From a virus (Duplodnaviria > Caudoviricetes), in the IMG/VR virus record IMGVR_UViG_3300037337_000202, positions 1 to 52,642 of that record: a DNA stretch of 52,642 nucleotides; one strand, written 5' to 3'. Below, piece after piece: positions 1-7,721 of this stretch. The notes under the pieces were generated by a model. The model saw only the letters and a program-made list of their open reading frames with translations. It did not search any database and was not told the DNA's origin. The first letter of the stretch is position 1; the number at the start of each line of letters is the position of its first letter. Position numbers and translations under genes: made by a program.

Positions 1-52
1 GACGGCCCGCTTAGACGGTGGGAGGCTGCAAGTTCGAATCTTGCTACTCAGA
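1..52 (+). tRNA. 3' part of a tRNA truncated by the window edge; anticodon unclear (loop TTAGACG)
   Basis: CCCGC/GTGGG stem; T arm GCAAG-TTCGAAT-CTTGC. Confidence 0.6.
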
Positions 53-397
53 CAGAAAACTTTAAACATCAAAACCAACCAATCTCCCAAAATGTTTTAC
101 TTTTATTACTAGATGTGTTATAATAAACACATACCAAATAAGGAATTTATGAAAAGTTCAAATAATTGAAACAATATAATCAGTGAAAACAGCAACGAGA
201 GCTGGACGAACACTCTAAAAATCGTGCAATGGGCGTACAGTAGGAAGGAGACTCCTTTTGTGGAGTTGAATAAATCTGGTCAGGGTTCGACCCTGACATA
301 GAATGATCATTGGAAGATATGATCAGTCTATTCTAAAATGTACCAGAACCGACATGGGGTGCAGCACCCGCGGCTTGTACATTTTAGAATAGAATTT

Positions 398-487
398 GGT
401 TCCCATCCCCGCTAGCAGTCTGTAAAACTGCCGTCTAAAAATAAGTGGGTGGTTGGACAAGAGGATCGTAACCTCGGGGGACCACCA
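398..487 (+). tRNA. tRNA-Tyr(GTA), atypical: no D arm, long variable region
   Basis: GGTTCCC/GGGGACC acceptor, GCAGT-CTGTAAA-ACTGC, ACCA end. Confidence 0.7.
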
Positions 488-493
488 AATTAT

Positions 494-568
494 ATCGCGT
501 TCGACTTCGGGTGAGGTCAGCAGCCTTTCACGCTGCGTAGACGGGTTCGAGCCCCGTACGCGATGCCA
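494..568 (+). tRNA. tRNA-Glu(TTC)
   Basis: GCAGC-CTTTCAC-GCTGC, TTCGA loop, CCA. Confidence 0.9.
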
Positions 569-573
569 AATAT

Positions 574-651
574 GCCCTCGTAACCCAATTGGTATGAGGT
601 ACTTCGCTTAGAACGAAGGTCGTGCAGGTTCGAATCCAGCCGAGGGTACCA
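574..651 (+). tRNA. tRNA-Leu(TAG) with short variable arm
   Basis: CTTCG-CTTAGAA-CGAAG, CCA. Confidence 0.85.
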
Positions 652-740
652 ACTAAAAGACAAAGATCCAGTAAGGATCTTATAACTCAGTAACCTGGTA
701 AAGGCGAACAGTACTTGAATCAACAAGGTCCAAAATTTAT

Positions 741-823
741 GCGATTGTGGTGGAATAAGGTATACACACCAGACTCAAAATCTGACGTCTTCGGGCATAT
801 CGGTTCGATCCCGATCAGTCGCA
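741..823 (+). tRNA. tRNA-Leu(CAA), no encoded CCA
   Basis: CAGA-CTCAAAA-TCTG, variable arm GTCTTCGGGC. Confidence 0.85.
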
Positions 824-846
824 CATCTCATTCGAAGTTCGAACCT

Positions 847-854
847 TATAAATA
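847..854 (+). promoter_or_regulatory. T4-type late promoter
   Basis: TATAAATA just upstream of the endonuclease ORF. Confidence 0.7.
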
Positions 855-859
855 AGTAC

Positions 860-1543
860 ATGGAGAAAACTATGTACTGTATAATTTATAAGATTACAAA
901 CAAAATAAATAGCAAGATATATATCGGGGCACATAAGACTAAAAATCTCGATGACGGATATATGGGCTCAGGAAAGTATCTAAAGAGTTCTATTAAAAAA
1001 CATGGCTTAGATAACTTTTATAAGGAAGTTCTCTTTGTTTTTGAGACTGTAGAATCAATGTATGCTAAAGAAGCAGAACTAGTTAATGAAGAGTTCTTGG
1101 CTGAAGCCAATACATACAATCTAAAGCTTGGTGGTCAAGGAGGTTGGGGATATGCAAACCTAAATTACTCTTATGATACTAGAGTTAGAGCCGCAGATGC
1201 CGCTAATTTAGTCATAGGTGAAAAATACCAGTCCGACCCAATATTCAAAGAAAAAATGAGTAAGATGGCGACTGATCGGAATAATAAAAGAGTTAGAAAT
1301 GGTGAAAAACTATTTGGCGATAAGCGCCATACATTCAAAGGAATCAGTCATTCCTCTATATCAAAAAAAATTATTGGAGAAAAGGCCGCGATAAGCCAAC
1401 TTGGCGCAGGTAATTCCCAATTTGGGACAATGTGGATAACCAATGGTATCCATAGCATGAAAATTAAGAATAATTGTGATATTCCAATTGGATATCATAA
1501 GGGTAGAAAAATGAAAATTTTAGCCGCAGAATCCGATCAGTAG
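860..1543 (+). CDS. Seg-like GIY-YIG homing endonuclease inside the tRNA array
   Basis: IIYKITNKINSKIYIG...YMGSG...YNL motif; C-terminal WITNG/GYHKGR module. Confidence 0.9.
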   Translation: MEKTMYCIIYKITNKINSKIYIGAHKTKNLDDGYMGSGKYLKSSIKKHGLDNFYKEVLFVFETVESMYAKEAELVNEEFLAEANTYNLKLGGQGGWGYANLNYSYDTRVRAADAANLVIGEKYQSDPIFKEKMSKMATDRNNKRVRNGEKLFGDKRHTFKGISHSSISKKIIGEKAAISQLGAGNSQFGTMWITNGIHSMKIKNNCDIPIGYHKGRKMKILAAESDQ

Positions 1544-1556
1544 AAACTGATTTAAT

Positions 1557-1630
1557 CAGAGTATGGGATAAAAGTAGTCCTCTAGTTTTGGAAACTAGAA
1601 GCCCAGGGGCGGTACCTGGTACTCTGACCA
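1557..1630 (+). tRNA. tRNA-Pro(TGG)
   Basis: CTAGT-TTTGGAA-ACTAG, CCA. Confidence 0.85.
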
Positions 1631-1647
1631 ATTTAAGAATGTTTTGC

Positions 1648-1723
1648 TCCGCAGAATCCGAGCATGGCGCATGGACGTGACTGTTAATCACTGACTAGTC
1701 TGGTTCGATCCCAGAGTGCGGAG
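1648..1723 (+). tRNA. tRNA-Asn(GTT), no CCA, extended acceptor duplex
   Basis: GTGA-CTGTTAA-TCAC; T arm TCTGG-TTCGATC-CCAGA. Confidence 0.8.
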
Positions 1724-1753
1724 CAAAACATTCTAAACCTAGAGAACTTAGGT

Positions 1754-1824
1754 GTGACGTTATCATAAAAGTAATGACCTGGACTGTGAATCCGGTTAAA
1801 CGGGAGCGTTACCCGTACGTCACC
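1754..1824 (+). tRNA. tRNA-His(GTG)
   Basis: CTGGA-CTGTGAA-TCCGG; GTGACGT/ACGTCAC acceptor. Confidence 0.8.
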
Positions 1825-1846
1825 CCTAAGTTTTTTATCAATTACA

Positions 1847-1917
1847 ACATGACCTGAAATGTTTTCGGACTGACTCTAGTGAGTTGGAGTAGGTGGTTCG
1901 ATTCCACCCAGGTGTAC
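1847..1917 (+). ncRNA. tRNA-like element with perfect T arm and non-canonical anticodon arm
   Basis: GGTGG-TTCGATT-CCACC; ACCTG/CAGGT; hairpin TGACTC-TAGT-GAGTTG. Confidence 0.5.
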
Positions 1918-1923
1918 TTTTTT

Positions 1924-1998
1924 GCCTTGTAAGTGTTGGTGATTACATTTCTGACTTCCACTCAGACGTATCCGGTTTGATTCCGGAACAAGGCTCCA
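1924..1998 (+). tRNA. tRNA-Gly(TCC)
   Basis: TCTGA-CTTCCAC-TCAGA, TCCA end. Confidence 0.9.
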
Positions 1999-2017
1999 TT
2001 TATACATTATCAACTTC

Positions 2018-2099
2018 GCCGGATTCGCCTATTGAGATGGCAACTGTTTTGTAAGCAGTCGAGAAATCAGAGGGTGTTTGATTCACCCATCCGGCACCA
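2018..2099 (+). tRNA. tRNA-Thr(TGT)
   Basis: ACTGT-TTTGTAA-GCAGT, CCA. Confidence 0.85.
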
Positions 2100-2104
2100 T
2101 TTTT

Positions 2105-2179
2105 AATCCGTTGGCCGAGAAGTTAAGGCATTGGTCTGCAAAACCAATTAGATCGGGGCGGTTCCGATACGGATTTCCA
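2105..2179 (+). tRNA. tRNA-Cys(GCA)
   Basis: TTGGT-CTGCAAA-ACCAA, TCCA end. Confidence 0.9.
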
Positions 2180-2186
2180 TTAATAA

Positions 2187-2266
2187 GCGAATAGGGACTG
2201 CATGGTGTGGTCGCTTGCCTGTCACGCAAGATATTCAGAGGGGATCGTTACCCCTTATTCGCGCCA
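2187..2266 (+). tRNA. tRNA-Asp(GTC)
   Basis: CTTGC-CTGTCAC-GCAAG, GCCA end. Confidence 0.9.
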
Positions 2267-2270
2267 ATTT

Positions 2271-2346
2271 GCCGCTTCAGCTAATCAGGTGAAAGCGTCG
2301 GTCTGAAGAACCGAAGAGACTGGTTCGATACCAGTAGGCGGCACCA
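2271..2346 (+). tRNA. tRNA-Phe(GAA)
   Basis: TCGGT-CTGAAGA-ACCGA, CCA. Confidence 0.9.
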
Positions 2347-2416
2347 ACTTTTTATAGATATTCTACATGGCGCCATGGCCAGAATGTTAACATGGTTATC
2401 TATAAAATTCATTTAT

Positions 2417-2491
2417 GCCTGGTAGTCCGAATAGTGAGGGAGCGTTTTGATAAAGCGTTTGAAGTAGGAGCATAACCTACACCAGGTACCA
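2417..2491 (+). tRNA. tRNA-Ile(GAT)
   Basis: GCGTT-TTGATAA-AGCGT, CCA. Confidence 0.85.
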
Positions 2492-2497
2492 ATTTTT

Positions 2498-2571
2498 GGG
2501 ATTGTAACTTAAAGGTAAAGTAACGGACTTTTAATCCGTAGAAGAAGGGTCAGTACCTTCCAGTCCCACCA
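2498..2571 (+). tRNA. tRNA-Lys(TTT)
   Basis: ACGGA-CTTTTAA-TCCGT, CCA. Confidence 0.9.
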
Positions 2572-2578
2572 AAAACAT

Positions 2579-2655
2579 GTCGTATGTAGCTCAGCGGCCA
2601 AGAGCAGCCCAAGTGTGGGAAGGTCCCCAGGTTCGAATCCTGGCATACGACTCCA
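2579..2655 (+). tRNA. tRNA-like gene with 8-bp acceptor and collapsed anticodon arm; identity undetermined
   Basis: GTCGTATG/CATACGAC, canonical D and T arms, CCCA-AGTG-TGGG, TCCA end. Confidence 0.65.
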
Positions 2656-2662
2656 AATTTAT

Positions 2663-2737
2663 ACATCACGATTGTGAAAGCAGCATGTAGGATTCCAAAT
2701 CCTTACGGACGGGGAGCGTTACCTCGGTGGTGTGCCA
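2663..2737 (+). tRNA. tRNA-Trp(CCA)
   Basis: AGGA-TTCCAAA-TCCT, GCCA end. Confidence 0.85.
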
Positions 2738-2749
2738 TATATAGATTAT

Positions 2750-2824
2750 TGCGGGAAAATCGATTGGAGCAGATACTACTCTTTGAAAGTAGGTGATTGG
2801 GTTCGATTCCCAAGCCCGCTGCCA
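2750..2824 (+). tRNA. tRNA-Gln(TTG)
   Basis: CTACT-CTTTGAA-AGTAG, GCCA end. Confidence 0.85.
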
Positions 2825-2998
2825 TCCTTAACTTAGAACAAATATGATTGAAGTACTTACAAAATTTAACCCATACGCTTTTATTAATCCTACTACTGAA
2901 GAGGAATATTACAATTTGGTGAATGAAGCCATTCGAATGATCGATGAACTAAATACCGACTTAGATGAGACAACTAACTATCTCGATTCTGGCTTATA

Positions 2999-3580
2999 AT
3001 GATGCTTGATAACACTATTAAATCGCAACTAAAAACGTATCTAAAATTGCTTCGCCAACCAATTAAGCTGGTTGCATCCTCAAATGCGACCGTAGAAATG
3101 CTTGAGTTTCTAGACGATATTGCCAGCTTGTCTAATAAGATTACAGTTGAGAATTATTCCCAGGATAAAAGCCTGGCGTCATTTACGATCCAATCAGAGG
3201 CTGTAACATCGGGTGTTCGCTTTGCGGCACTTCCAGTAGGCCAACTTTTAACACCAATGATTTTGGCCATGCTTTGGACTGGTGGCCACCCGCCGGTATA
3301 TTCTGAAAAACTTATTCAGAATATTAAAGACATTAACCTAGACCACGACTTCGATATCTATGTCAGTCAATCCTGCCCAAATGGCCCAAGTGTAATCGAA
3401 GCGCTAGCCTTAATGTGTGTTTTAAATCCCAAGATTACAGTAACTGTAATCGATGGTGCATTATTCACAGAAGATATCGAATTCTTAGGTATCGAAGTTG
3501 TGCCTACAATCCATCATAACAACGACTTTTTTACCCAGGGGCGTATGACTCTAGAAGAAATTTTAGCCAAATTGAACTGA
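2999..3580 (+). CDS. ahpF: AhpF N-terminal double-thioredoxin domain, stand-alone (no flavoprotein part)
   Basis: MLDNTIKSQLKTYL, GVRFAALPVG, LAMLWTGGHP, IDGALF, FTQGRMTLEEILAKL. Confidence 0.85.
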   Translation: MMLDNTIKSQLKTYLKLLRQPIKLVASSNATVEMLEFLDDIASLSNKITVENYSQDKSLASFTIQSEAVTSGVRFAALPVGQLLTPMILAMLWTGGHPPVYSEKLIQNIKDINLDHDFDIYVSQSCPNGPSVIEALALMCVLNPKITVTVIDGALFTEDIEFLGIEVVPTIHHNNDFFTQGRMTLEEILAKLN

Positions 3581-3770
3581 TTGTTGCTTTGGGTAGCGAC
3601 CTGCATTAACTGGTTTTCACCGTTGAGAGTCCTCACAAATGAATTGTAAATAATAAATGAATGATACGGCTCTAGATGAACTTGAATTTCAAGTTCATCT
3701 AGAAATAGGTGATAGTTCGAGTCTACTACTTTCCTCACTTTAAATAAAAATCTAGGCTTAATTTTTAACT

Positions 3771-3950
3771 ATGACCAAATTTAAAGTTTATAATAAGTTG
3801 CATCTTACGGATCAACAATTAGCAAGCGCTTGTTTAACATTTAATCACAGCTTTGGACTCAGGACTGAGGAGCAGCAAAAATCTTTGCCCGCCATGGCGC
3901 GAAGCTGGGAAGATGCCTTCCACAAAGAGCTTGAGAACCCAAGAGACTAA
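3771..3950 (+). CDS. hypothetical protein (59 aa)
   Basis: Open frame from ATG 3771 to a TAA abutting the next promoter. Confidence 0.5.
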   Translation: MTKFKVYNKLHLTDQQLASACLTFNHSFGLRTEEQQKSLPAMARSWEDAFHKELENPRD

Positions 3951-4143
3951 GTTTTACTTTTATTCTGGTCTGTGGTATAATATATACATACCAAGAGGAT
4001 TAGAACAGTACCCCAGGATTCATTAGATGATACACAGAGACATAGCTCCAGTAAAACGGAGAAGCATGGTGGTTATCGTGTATCATCTAATAAATCTTGA
4101 AAGCTAAGTTTTACTTTTATTCTGGTCTGTGTTATAATAACTT

Positions 4144-4353
4144 ATGAATACAAAAAACCTCACCCAAGAACAGCGTAAAATTATTTCAACCATGGAACAC
4201 GCAATGTTCAAAATGTCTTCGGCTATCGAATCTCTTGATGAACTCTCCAAAATGGGTGCTCTGAGCTCCCATATGTTCTCGACCAAGAAAATGCTCGAAG
4301 ATGCCGTCGAACAGCTTGAGTTCGACCAGCGTGAAATTTGGAATCAAGTCTGA
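4144..4353 (+). CDS. hypothetical early protein, apparently leaderless
   Basis: ATG directly after the promoter (TATAATAACTTATG). Confidence 0.7.
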   Translation: MNTKNLTQEQRKIISTMEHAMFKMSSAIESLDELSKMGALSSHMFSTKKMLEDAVEQLEFDQREIWNQV

Positions 4354-4740
4354 TTTTACTTTTATTGTTGGATATGTTATAATAAACACATACCAAGGGG
4401 ATTGAAACAGAATTCGTTATTTTTAAGAAGATTCGATCAGCAACCGTTTCGCACTGCTTTCGGTCAATGTTTTAGTGAATTTTCTTAAAAATGGTATATA
4501 GAGACATAGCTCCCGTAAGACGGAGAAGCATGGTGGTTATCATGTATCATCTTATGAATCCCGACAATATGCTCTACAAAGGCACACGATAGGGAATTCA
4601 TTTGCGAGGATTCTCAGACGCCAAGGGACCACACCTAAACGTGTTATCCTGCGGCGCTTTGGGGAGGGGAACAGTCAATGCGGTCCCCACCGTCTGGCTT
4701 ATATTTGAGAATCCTCACAAATGAATTGTAAATAATATAT

Positions 4741-4834
4741 GGAGGCGCAACCCAACTGGCGATGGGACTGCACTTGAAATGCAACGAGCTGCTAATACCA
4801 GCCTTGGGAGTTCGACTCTACCCCGCCTCCGCCA
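4741..4834 (+). tRNA. tRNA-Ser(TGA)
   Basis: TGCA-CTTGAAA-TGCA, long variable arm, GCCA end. Confidence 0.9.
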
Positions 4835-4840
4835 AAATTC

Positions 4841-4926
4841 GGACAAACTGAGAGATTGCCTGTTGCTGGCATGAGAGCACCATAGCATGGCGCAAAATGA
4901 AGGTTTAATTCCTTCATTGTCCACCA
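4841..4926 (+). ncRNA. tRNA-like element with CCA end and irregular core
   Basis: GGACAA/TTGTCC-ACCA; TGAAGG-TTTAATT-CCTTCA. Confidence 0.55.
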
Positions 4927-4934
4927 AAATTAAG

Positions 4935-5505
4935 GCAATAAGACGCGAACGGCAAGACCGTCGTATGAGCCCTAAGATATAGAACATGACAGAAGGTGCT
5001 TGGCTGAGAAGTTAGACCAAAATTAGTTTCCAAAGCCTGTATCCAGGTCCCGCAACATGGGAAACGTTGCTCTGCGACTCCGGCAATCTGTAAGGGGAGG
5101 GTGCAGTTTCAGCCTGAAGTGAACTCGCAGGATAACCAACCTGCTCATAAAAAAAGGATATGCTGATGGGTAAGCCATAAGTCGTTCGTGTATGGAAAGC
5201 AAGGGCGCAGTAATTTAAAAAGTTTTTGTCTGGTAGCAGTCGCTGGCCAGCCCTGAGATATACGGATCGTCTATCGGTATATCTAACATAGGGTCAGTTC
5301 TCCCAAGAATAAGATGACGTGAGGGGAGAATCCAGACAAATTTATTATGGACAATGACCGGAAATACAATCTGTGCGGCCCGAGTGCGCAATTTATTGCT
5401 GGACAGCATAGGCTTAGAGGTTCTATACCATGAGTATAGAGGTTGACATGGGTATACACTCGACTTCGTTTTATTTGTGATAGAAGATGATAGTACACCC
5501 CACCA
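4935..5505 (+). ncRNA. Unidentified structured non-coding RNA(s)
   Basis: No convincing ORF; long-range stems 4943-4953/5181-5191 and 5225-5233/5332-5340. Confidence 0.5.
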
Positions 5506-5510
5506 AATTT

Positions 5511-5584
5511 GCTCTTATAGTTCAATGATAGAATGCCGCTGTGGTATGGCGGATATCAAGGTTTGATTCCTTGTGGGAGCACCA
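5511..5584 (+). tRNA. tRNA-Thr(GGT)
   Basis: CCGCT-GTGGTAT-GGCGG, CCA. Confidence 0.8.
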
Positions 5585-5589
5585 TTTTT

Positions 5590-5666
5590 GCGCCTTTACG
5601 ACAACTGGAATAGTCTCATAGTCTTCGAAACTGTGAATGTGGGTTCAAATCCCATGGGGCGCATCA
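5590..5666 (+). tRNA. tRNA-Arg(TCG)
   Basis: ATAGT-CTTCGAA-ACTGT; TTCAAAT loop. Confidence 0.85.
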
Positions 5667-5672
5667 TAATAT

Positions 5673-5751
5673 CCGTCGATATGCCGCTTGCCTTCTAAGC
5701 AAGAGAAAGCTAACTGGATTCATGCAGGTTCGACTCCTGCTCGACGGGCCA
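5673..5751 (+). tRNA. tRNA-Arg(TCT), D-arm-less, copy 1
   Basis: CCGTCGA/TCGACGG, CTTGC-CTTCTAA-GCAAG, GCAGG-TTCGACT-CCTGC, GCCA end. Confidence 0.75.
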
Positions 5752-5767
5752 CGCCATTTTTATTTTT

Positions 5768-5846
5768 GCCCAGGTACGCTATTTGGTACCGCGGACTGAT
5801 TCAGAATCAGTTGTTTTTGTGGGTTCGACTCCCATCCTGGGTACCA
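5768..5846 (+). tRNA. tRNA-Leu(CAG) with short variable arm
   Basis: ACTGA-TTCAGAA-TCAGT, CCA. Confidence 0.85.
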
Positions 5847-5852
5847 TTCTTT

Positions 5853-5928
5853 AGTGGCATAGCATAGCGGCTAATGCGGTTTCTTCATATGTAACAGATC
5901 GTGGGTTCGAGTCCCACTGCCACTACCA
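5853..5928 (+). tRNA. tRNA-Met or Ile2 (CAT)
   Basis: GTTTC-TTCATAT-GTAAC, CCA. Confidence 0.85.
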
Positions 5929-5929
5929 A

Positions 5930-6029
5930 TTTTCACTGTAAGGCTTGGTGCCCGGATCGCGCATCCGAAGATACGTGTTCGATTCCGTACAACTGGACGT
6001 TCTGGGTTCGAGTCCCGGTGCAGTGAAAA
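5930..6029 (+). ncRNA. tRNA-like RNA with two T-loops
   Basis: TTTTCACTGTA/TGCAGTGAAAA closing stem; TTCGATT and TTCGAGT hairpins. Confidence 0.55.
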
Positions 6030-6036
6030 TTTTTCT

Positions 6037-6124
6037 GGAGAGTAAATCAGTCGGGGACTGAGACTGTCTGCTAAACAGTGCGACCTGGCAACAGGTTTCG
6101 GTTCGAGTCCGATGCTCTCCTCCA
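6037..6124 (+). tRNA. tRNA-Ser(GCT)
   Basis: ACTGT-CTGCTAA-ACAGT, long variable arm, CCA. Confidence 0.9.
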
Positions 6125-6228
6125 AACTTTACTTTTATTCCTAGATGTGATATAATAACTTATCAACACGGAAATATCATGACTGAACTTGTTAAGCCGG
6201 TTATTCTCGTTATTATTATTGGTAATCA

Positions 6229-7008
6229 ATGAACTGGTTAATAATTGGTAGTGTTGCTGTTAAGCATTGGTTTCCAGATGCTCGTGTACCAACTGATATT
6301 GATATTCTTACTCCAGTAAAGATAACTGGTAACGTAAGTAATATCTGTGTGGTAGATTCACAGTGGCATAATGCAGCAGAATACCTAATCAGTATCAATA
6401 AAGACTCTACATTTGCTGACCCTGATGTGTTGTATACCTTAAAAGTATCACATGCTCAATGGAACATCAAATGGGATAAAACCATGTACGACATTGAATT
6501 CTTAAAAAGAAAAGGTTGTACTCTTATTCCTGACTTGCATTCTAAACTGGTTAAGGTTTGGACTGAGACTCATGGCAAAAAGCATGTTAATATGTCAAAG
6601 CCAATGATTGACTTTTTCAGTGACGACGTAAAAAGAGAATATGACCACGAAAAGTTACATGAGTTAGTCGCATTTTATGATCGGCCTATTCATGAACGAT
6701 TGAGGGAAGATCACAATACGGCATGGTGTTCAAAGGAGTTATTCTTTAAAATGACCCTCGAAGATCAATGTCTCTGTGTATTAGAGGAAATGTTAGTAAC
6801 TGCAATTGAACGAAGTAAGCTCACAGTAAATAGTAAGATGAGCGAAAAACTAGGTGCAATGTCGAAGGGTTACTTTCAGCTGGCAACATCGATGACAACC
6901 GGTTGGTTCGCTCTATTCTTAATTGAGCACCGACAAACTTTATTATTTGAAAAGAGAAACACATGGTTAACAAACTTGAATACAGCACTGAAACACTTGT
7001 CCAGCTAG
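6229..7008 (+). CDS. Phage nucleotidyltransferase-like protein
   Basis: IIGS...DIDI (GS/DxD) motif; LYTLKVSH; YDHEKLHE. Confidence 0.6.
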   Translation: MNWLIIGSVAVKHWFPDARVPTDIDILTPVKITGNVSNICVVDSQWHNAAEYLISINKDSTFADPDVLYTLKVSHAQWNIKWDKTMYDIEFLKRKGCTLIPDLHSKLVKVWTETHGKKHVNMSKPMIDFFSDDVKREYDHEKLHELVAFYDRPIHERLREDHNTAWCSKELFFKMTLEDQCLCVLEEMLVTAIERSKLTVNSKMSEKLGAMSKGYFQLATSMTTGWFALFLIEHRQTLLFEKRNTWLTNLNTALKHLSS

Positions 7009-7370
7009 CACTTGACGATCCCGGACTTTTTCTTGAAACCTTTGTCAAATTGCTTGATCCAATAGTTTACGCCACCGATCATTACGGGTCAGATAATTAT
7101 CATGGCTACCTGGAACAATTGGAGACCGATCAATCATTTGCTGGAATCTATGTTAAACTAGTTCATTCCGAAGGTGATTGTGAAGGCGGCGGAGATCATT
7201 CTGAGCACATTTGGTCAGTCGGTTTTAATGGAGTACCACCATTTGCTTTTATTAAGATTACTGGCTTTTACAGTTCTCATAATGGAACAGAATGGGATGA
7301 TCTAAGTAGTGCCGTTCTAGTTTATCCACGACAAGTAATGGTCACCCAATATTTTAAAGATAAAGAATGA
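6963..7370 (+). CDS. hypothetical protein
   Basis: ORF; GFYSSHNGTEW motif shared with the next ORF. Confidence 0.6.
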   Translation: MVNKLEYSTETLVQLALDDPGLFLETFVKLLDPIVYATDHYGSDNYHGYLEQLETDQSFAGIYVKLVHSEGDCEGGGDHSEHIWSVGFNGVPPFAFIKITGFYSSHNGTEWDDLSSAVLVYPRQVMVTQYFKDKE

Positions 7371-7710
7371 CTTTAAAGACGATCTACTAGGTACAGTAAT
7401 TAAACTCATCGCAGAAGATAATGAGCGCGACTTTCCCTTTGGCCCCAGTGTTAATAGAATCGAGGGTCTGAGCCTAAACTGTGTGTATGATGAAAGTGCG
7501 GGTGATGGTAATGAATGCGTTCGAGTAACAGAAATTTGTGTTGATGATGCATTTATTGGACATATCAGAACCATTGGTACTTACAGCTCATGGGGTAATA
7601 GCACCTGGTACCCAGAAGAAACTACATTGGTTAATTTGGTATCAACGATAGTTAACGTCTGGGTAAATGCCGATGGGTCTGAACATCATAAACACAAAAT
7701 GAATTTTTAA
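7367..7710 (+). CDS. hypothetical protein, paralogue of the upstream ORF, with a -1 frame break after MTLK
   Basis: ATG 7367 frame stops at 7390; the -1 frame is open from before 7375 to 7710. Confidence 0.5.
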
Positions 7711-7721
7711 ATAACAAATAT

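Noticed and set aside
5225-5420. RNase P RNA or tmRNA
   Set aside because: Only loose echoes (CAGTCGC, GAGGGGAGAATCC, ACAGCATAGGCTTA). There is no GAGGAAAGTCC P4 pairing and no tmRNA acceptor ends.
517-6125. Minus-strand ORFs over the tRNA region (517, 1464, 4715, 5215, 5283, 5871)
   Set aside because: Antisense shadows of tRNA and ncRNA genes.
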